Shown: positions 62,383 through 64,000 of the stretch, in pieces
How positions within the stretch are numbered: position 1 is the stretch's first letter
Layout: every line of letters begins with the position of its first letter
Assembly: GCF_001194135.2 (NCBI RefSeq)
Contig: NC_068990.1
Location: 86,971,895-87,035,894, forward strand
DNA length: 64,000 bases
DNA from: Octopus bimaculoides
Lineage: Eukaryota
Direction of reading: 5' to 3'
Notes under the pieces: model-generated
Told to the model about the DNA's origin: nothing
What the model saw: only the letters and a program-made list of their open reading frames with translations
The model's database searches: none
Program-made: the position numbers and the translations under genes

Positions 62383-63332
62383 GTATGTATGTATAAATGA
62401 CGGGCTTCTTTCGGTTTCCGTCTACCAAATCCACTCACAAGGTTTTGGTCGGCCCGAGTCTATAGTAGAAGAGACTTGCTCAAGGTGCCACGCAATGGGA
62501 CTGAACCCGGAACCATGTCGTTGGTAAGCAACCTACTTACCATGGGTATGTGCGTGTGTGTGTGTAATGCCGAACAATGAAAATGAATGCTGAGCACCGC
62601 ATTAACTTGGTTAAGCATAAGTAAATTGTTTTTGTTTGTTTGCTTCTTTGTTAAAGCTCTTTCGTTGCTATTTGCACAAAGCATCATAGCAACTATCACG
62701 AAAGAGCTTCGACAAAACAAAAAAAAAACGACTTACTGTTTAACCAAGTTAAACAAACAATCGATTAGTTAGTTGGATATTAAACCAACTGACTCATAAT
62801 AAATCGGGGGAATTGGACCAGTGCGTGTGTTAATAATGTTGGCATTATGACTCTCCCTAGAGACAACAGAATTTCAATATTAAGTTACCCATTTGTAAAT
62901 GTTCTGCTGCTATTGTTAAATTTTATCTAAAGTAATAAACTAAGCTTAATTCAATTCACACATACCCACACACACATAAACACGCATACATACACACACA
63001 TACACACATGTATATATACACATATTTTCATGCGTTTGTGTGTGTTTCTGAAAGTGAAAAGCCTAGTGTTGCTCGTCAGTAAAGGCGTCAGCTGTTGTAA
63101 TGTACAATACAGAAACGGATTACTTCTCTAGTAGCCAATAAACCTAATATGTATTATGCATTTTCGATATTGTATTACCAATTATTTCCTTGGGTTAATT
63201 CCGATCAGACGCTTCGAACTTCAGTCAGCTGTGTCGAGTTTCCCTTATCTCACACATATATTAAGTTCTATGCAAGCATAAATACGTTTCATCTATTTAA
63301 TAAACATGCATATGTATATGTGTATATATATG

Positions 63333-63375
<43 letters not shown>

Positions 63376-63809
63376 NNNNNNNNNNNNNNNNNNNNNNNNN
63401 NNNNNNNNNNNNNNNNNNNNNNNNNNNNNNNNNNNNNNNNNNNNNNNNNNNNNNNNNNNNNNNNNNNNNNNNNNNNNNNNNNNNNNNNNNNNNNNNNNNN
63501 NNNNNNNNNNNNNTATATATATACCAATTTTAAGGGTACACAAATGCCCCTGCATGCTAGAAATAAGAGTTGAAACCCCCATTTAAACCACCAAATATTT
63601 TATGTCGTTAGACGATTTAGCATCTATTTTACAGCATATTGGCAAAGATTTTTTTTTTCTTTTTGCCTTTATTTAGAATTGTATGATTTTCACCTTAAAA
63701 TGTATTTTTCATATGCTGACCGTTGATAAGATTTTTCACAAAATTTCATCCTTATATTAGAACTATATATATATGCATATGGTCACATAACAACACTCAG
63801 TCGGTATTA

Positions 63810-64000
63810 TTTAACAACTTTCAAACGAGTCCTAGACGATTATCTCCAACAAATTCCAGATAAACCACCTGGAAGACCCGGATAATAACTCTTTACTCGA
63901 ATGGGCGATTGTGCCCAAAGAATGACTGTAATATGAAATATCGTTAAACGTCTTTCCTAGGTGGCGCTATTAACTTAGACATGACCTGGGCCAGTTTTGG
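63810..64000 (+). mobile_element. CR1/L2/Jockey-group LINE 3' end
   Basis: TFKRVLDDYLQQIPDKPPGRPG, then NNSLLEW in a shifted frame. This matches the FK..LD.YL..IPD.P..PG....NSL.W motif and is followed by UTR. Confidence 0.7.

Overview
AT-rich, microsatellite-dense eukaryotic scaffold with about 18 N-gaps. The tRNA-derived SINE families and simple-repeat load resemble an Octopus (cephalopod) genome; this is inferred from repeat-family recall, not a database search. Most of the window is intergenic or intronic: many SINE copies of at least four modular families, decayed LINE fragments (Dong/R4, RTE, CR1/Jockey-like), Penelope-like remnants with minimal-hammerhead-like motifs, and several Tc1/mariner/pogo-type remnants or MITEs. 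Almost all ORFs in the supplied track are microsatellite or gap artefacts. The one well-supported host coding segment is a + strand exon at 34751-35075 encoding a ParB/Sulfiredoxin-fold-like domain and ending in a perfect GCAG|GTAAGT donor. About 100 nt downstream lies a near-canonical type I minimal hammerhead ribozyme (35178-35217). Other notable items are a Dong/R4 LINE 3' fragment with a twin-priming-like 5' inversion (38058-38292), a PAN/apple-motif ORF (43331-43539) and a SINE-in-SINE insertion with TSD. There are no rRNA, intact tRNA genes or CRISPR arrays. Family assignments come from motif recognition by eye and need HMM/BLAST confirmation.
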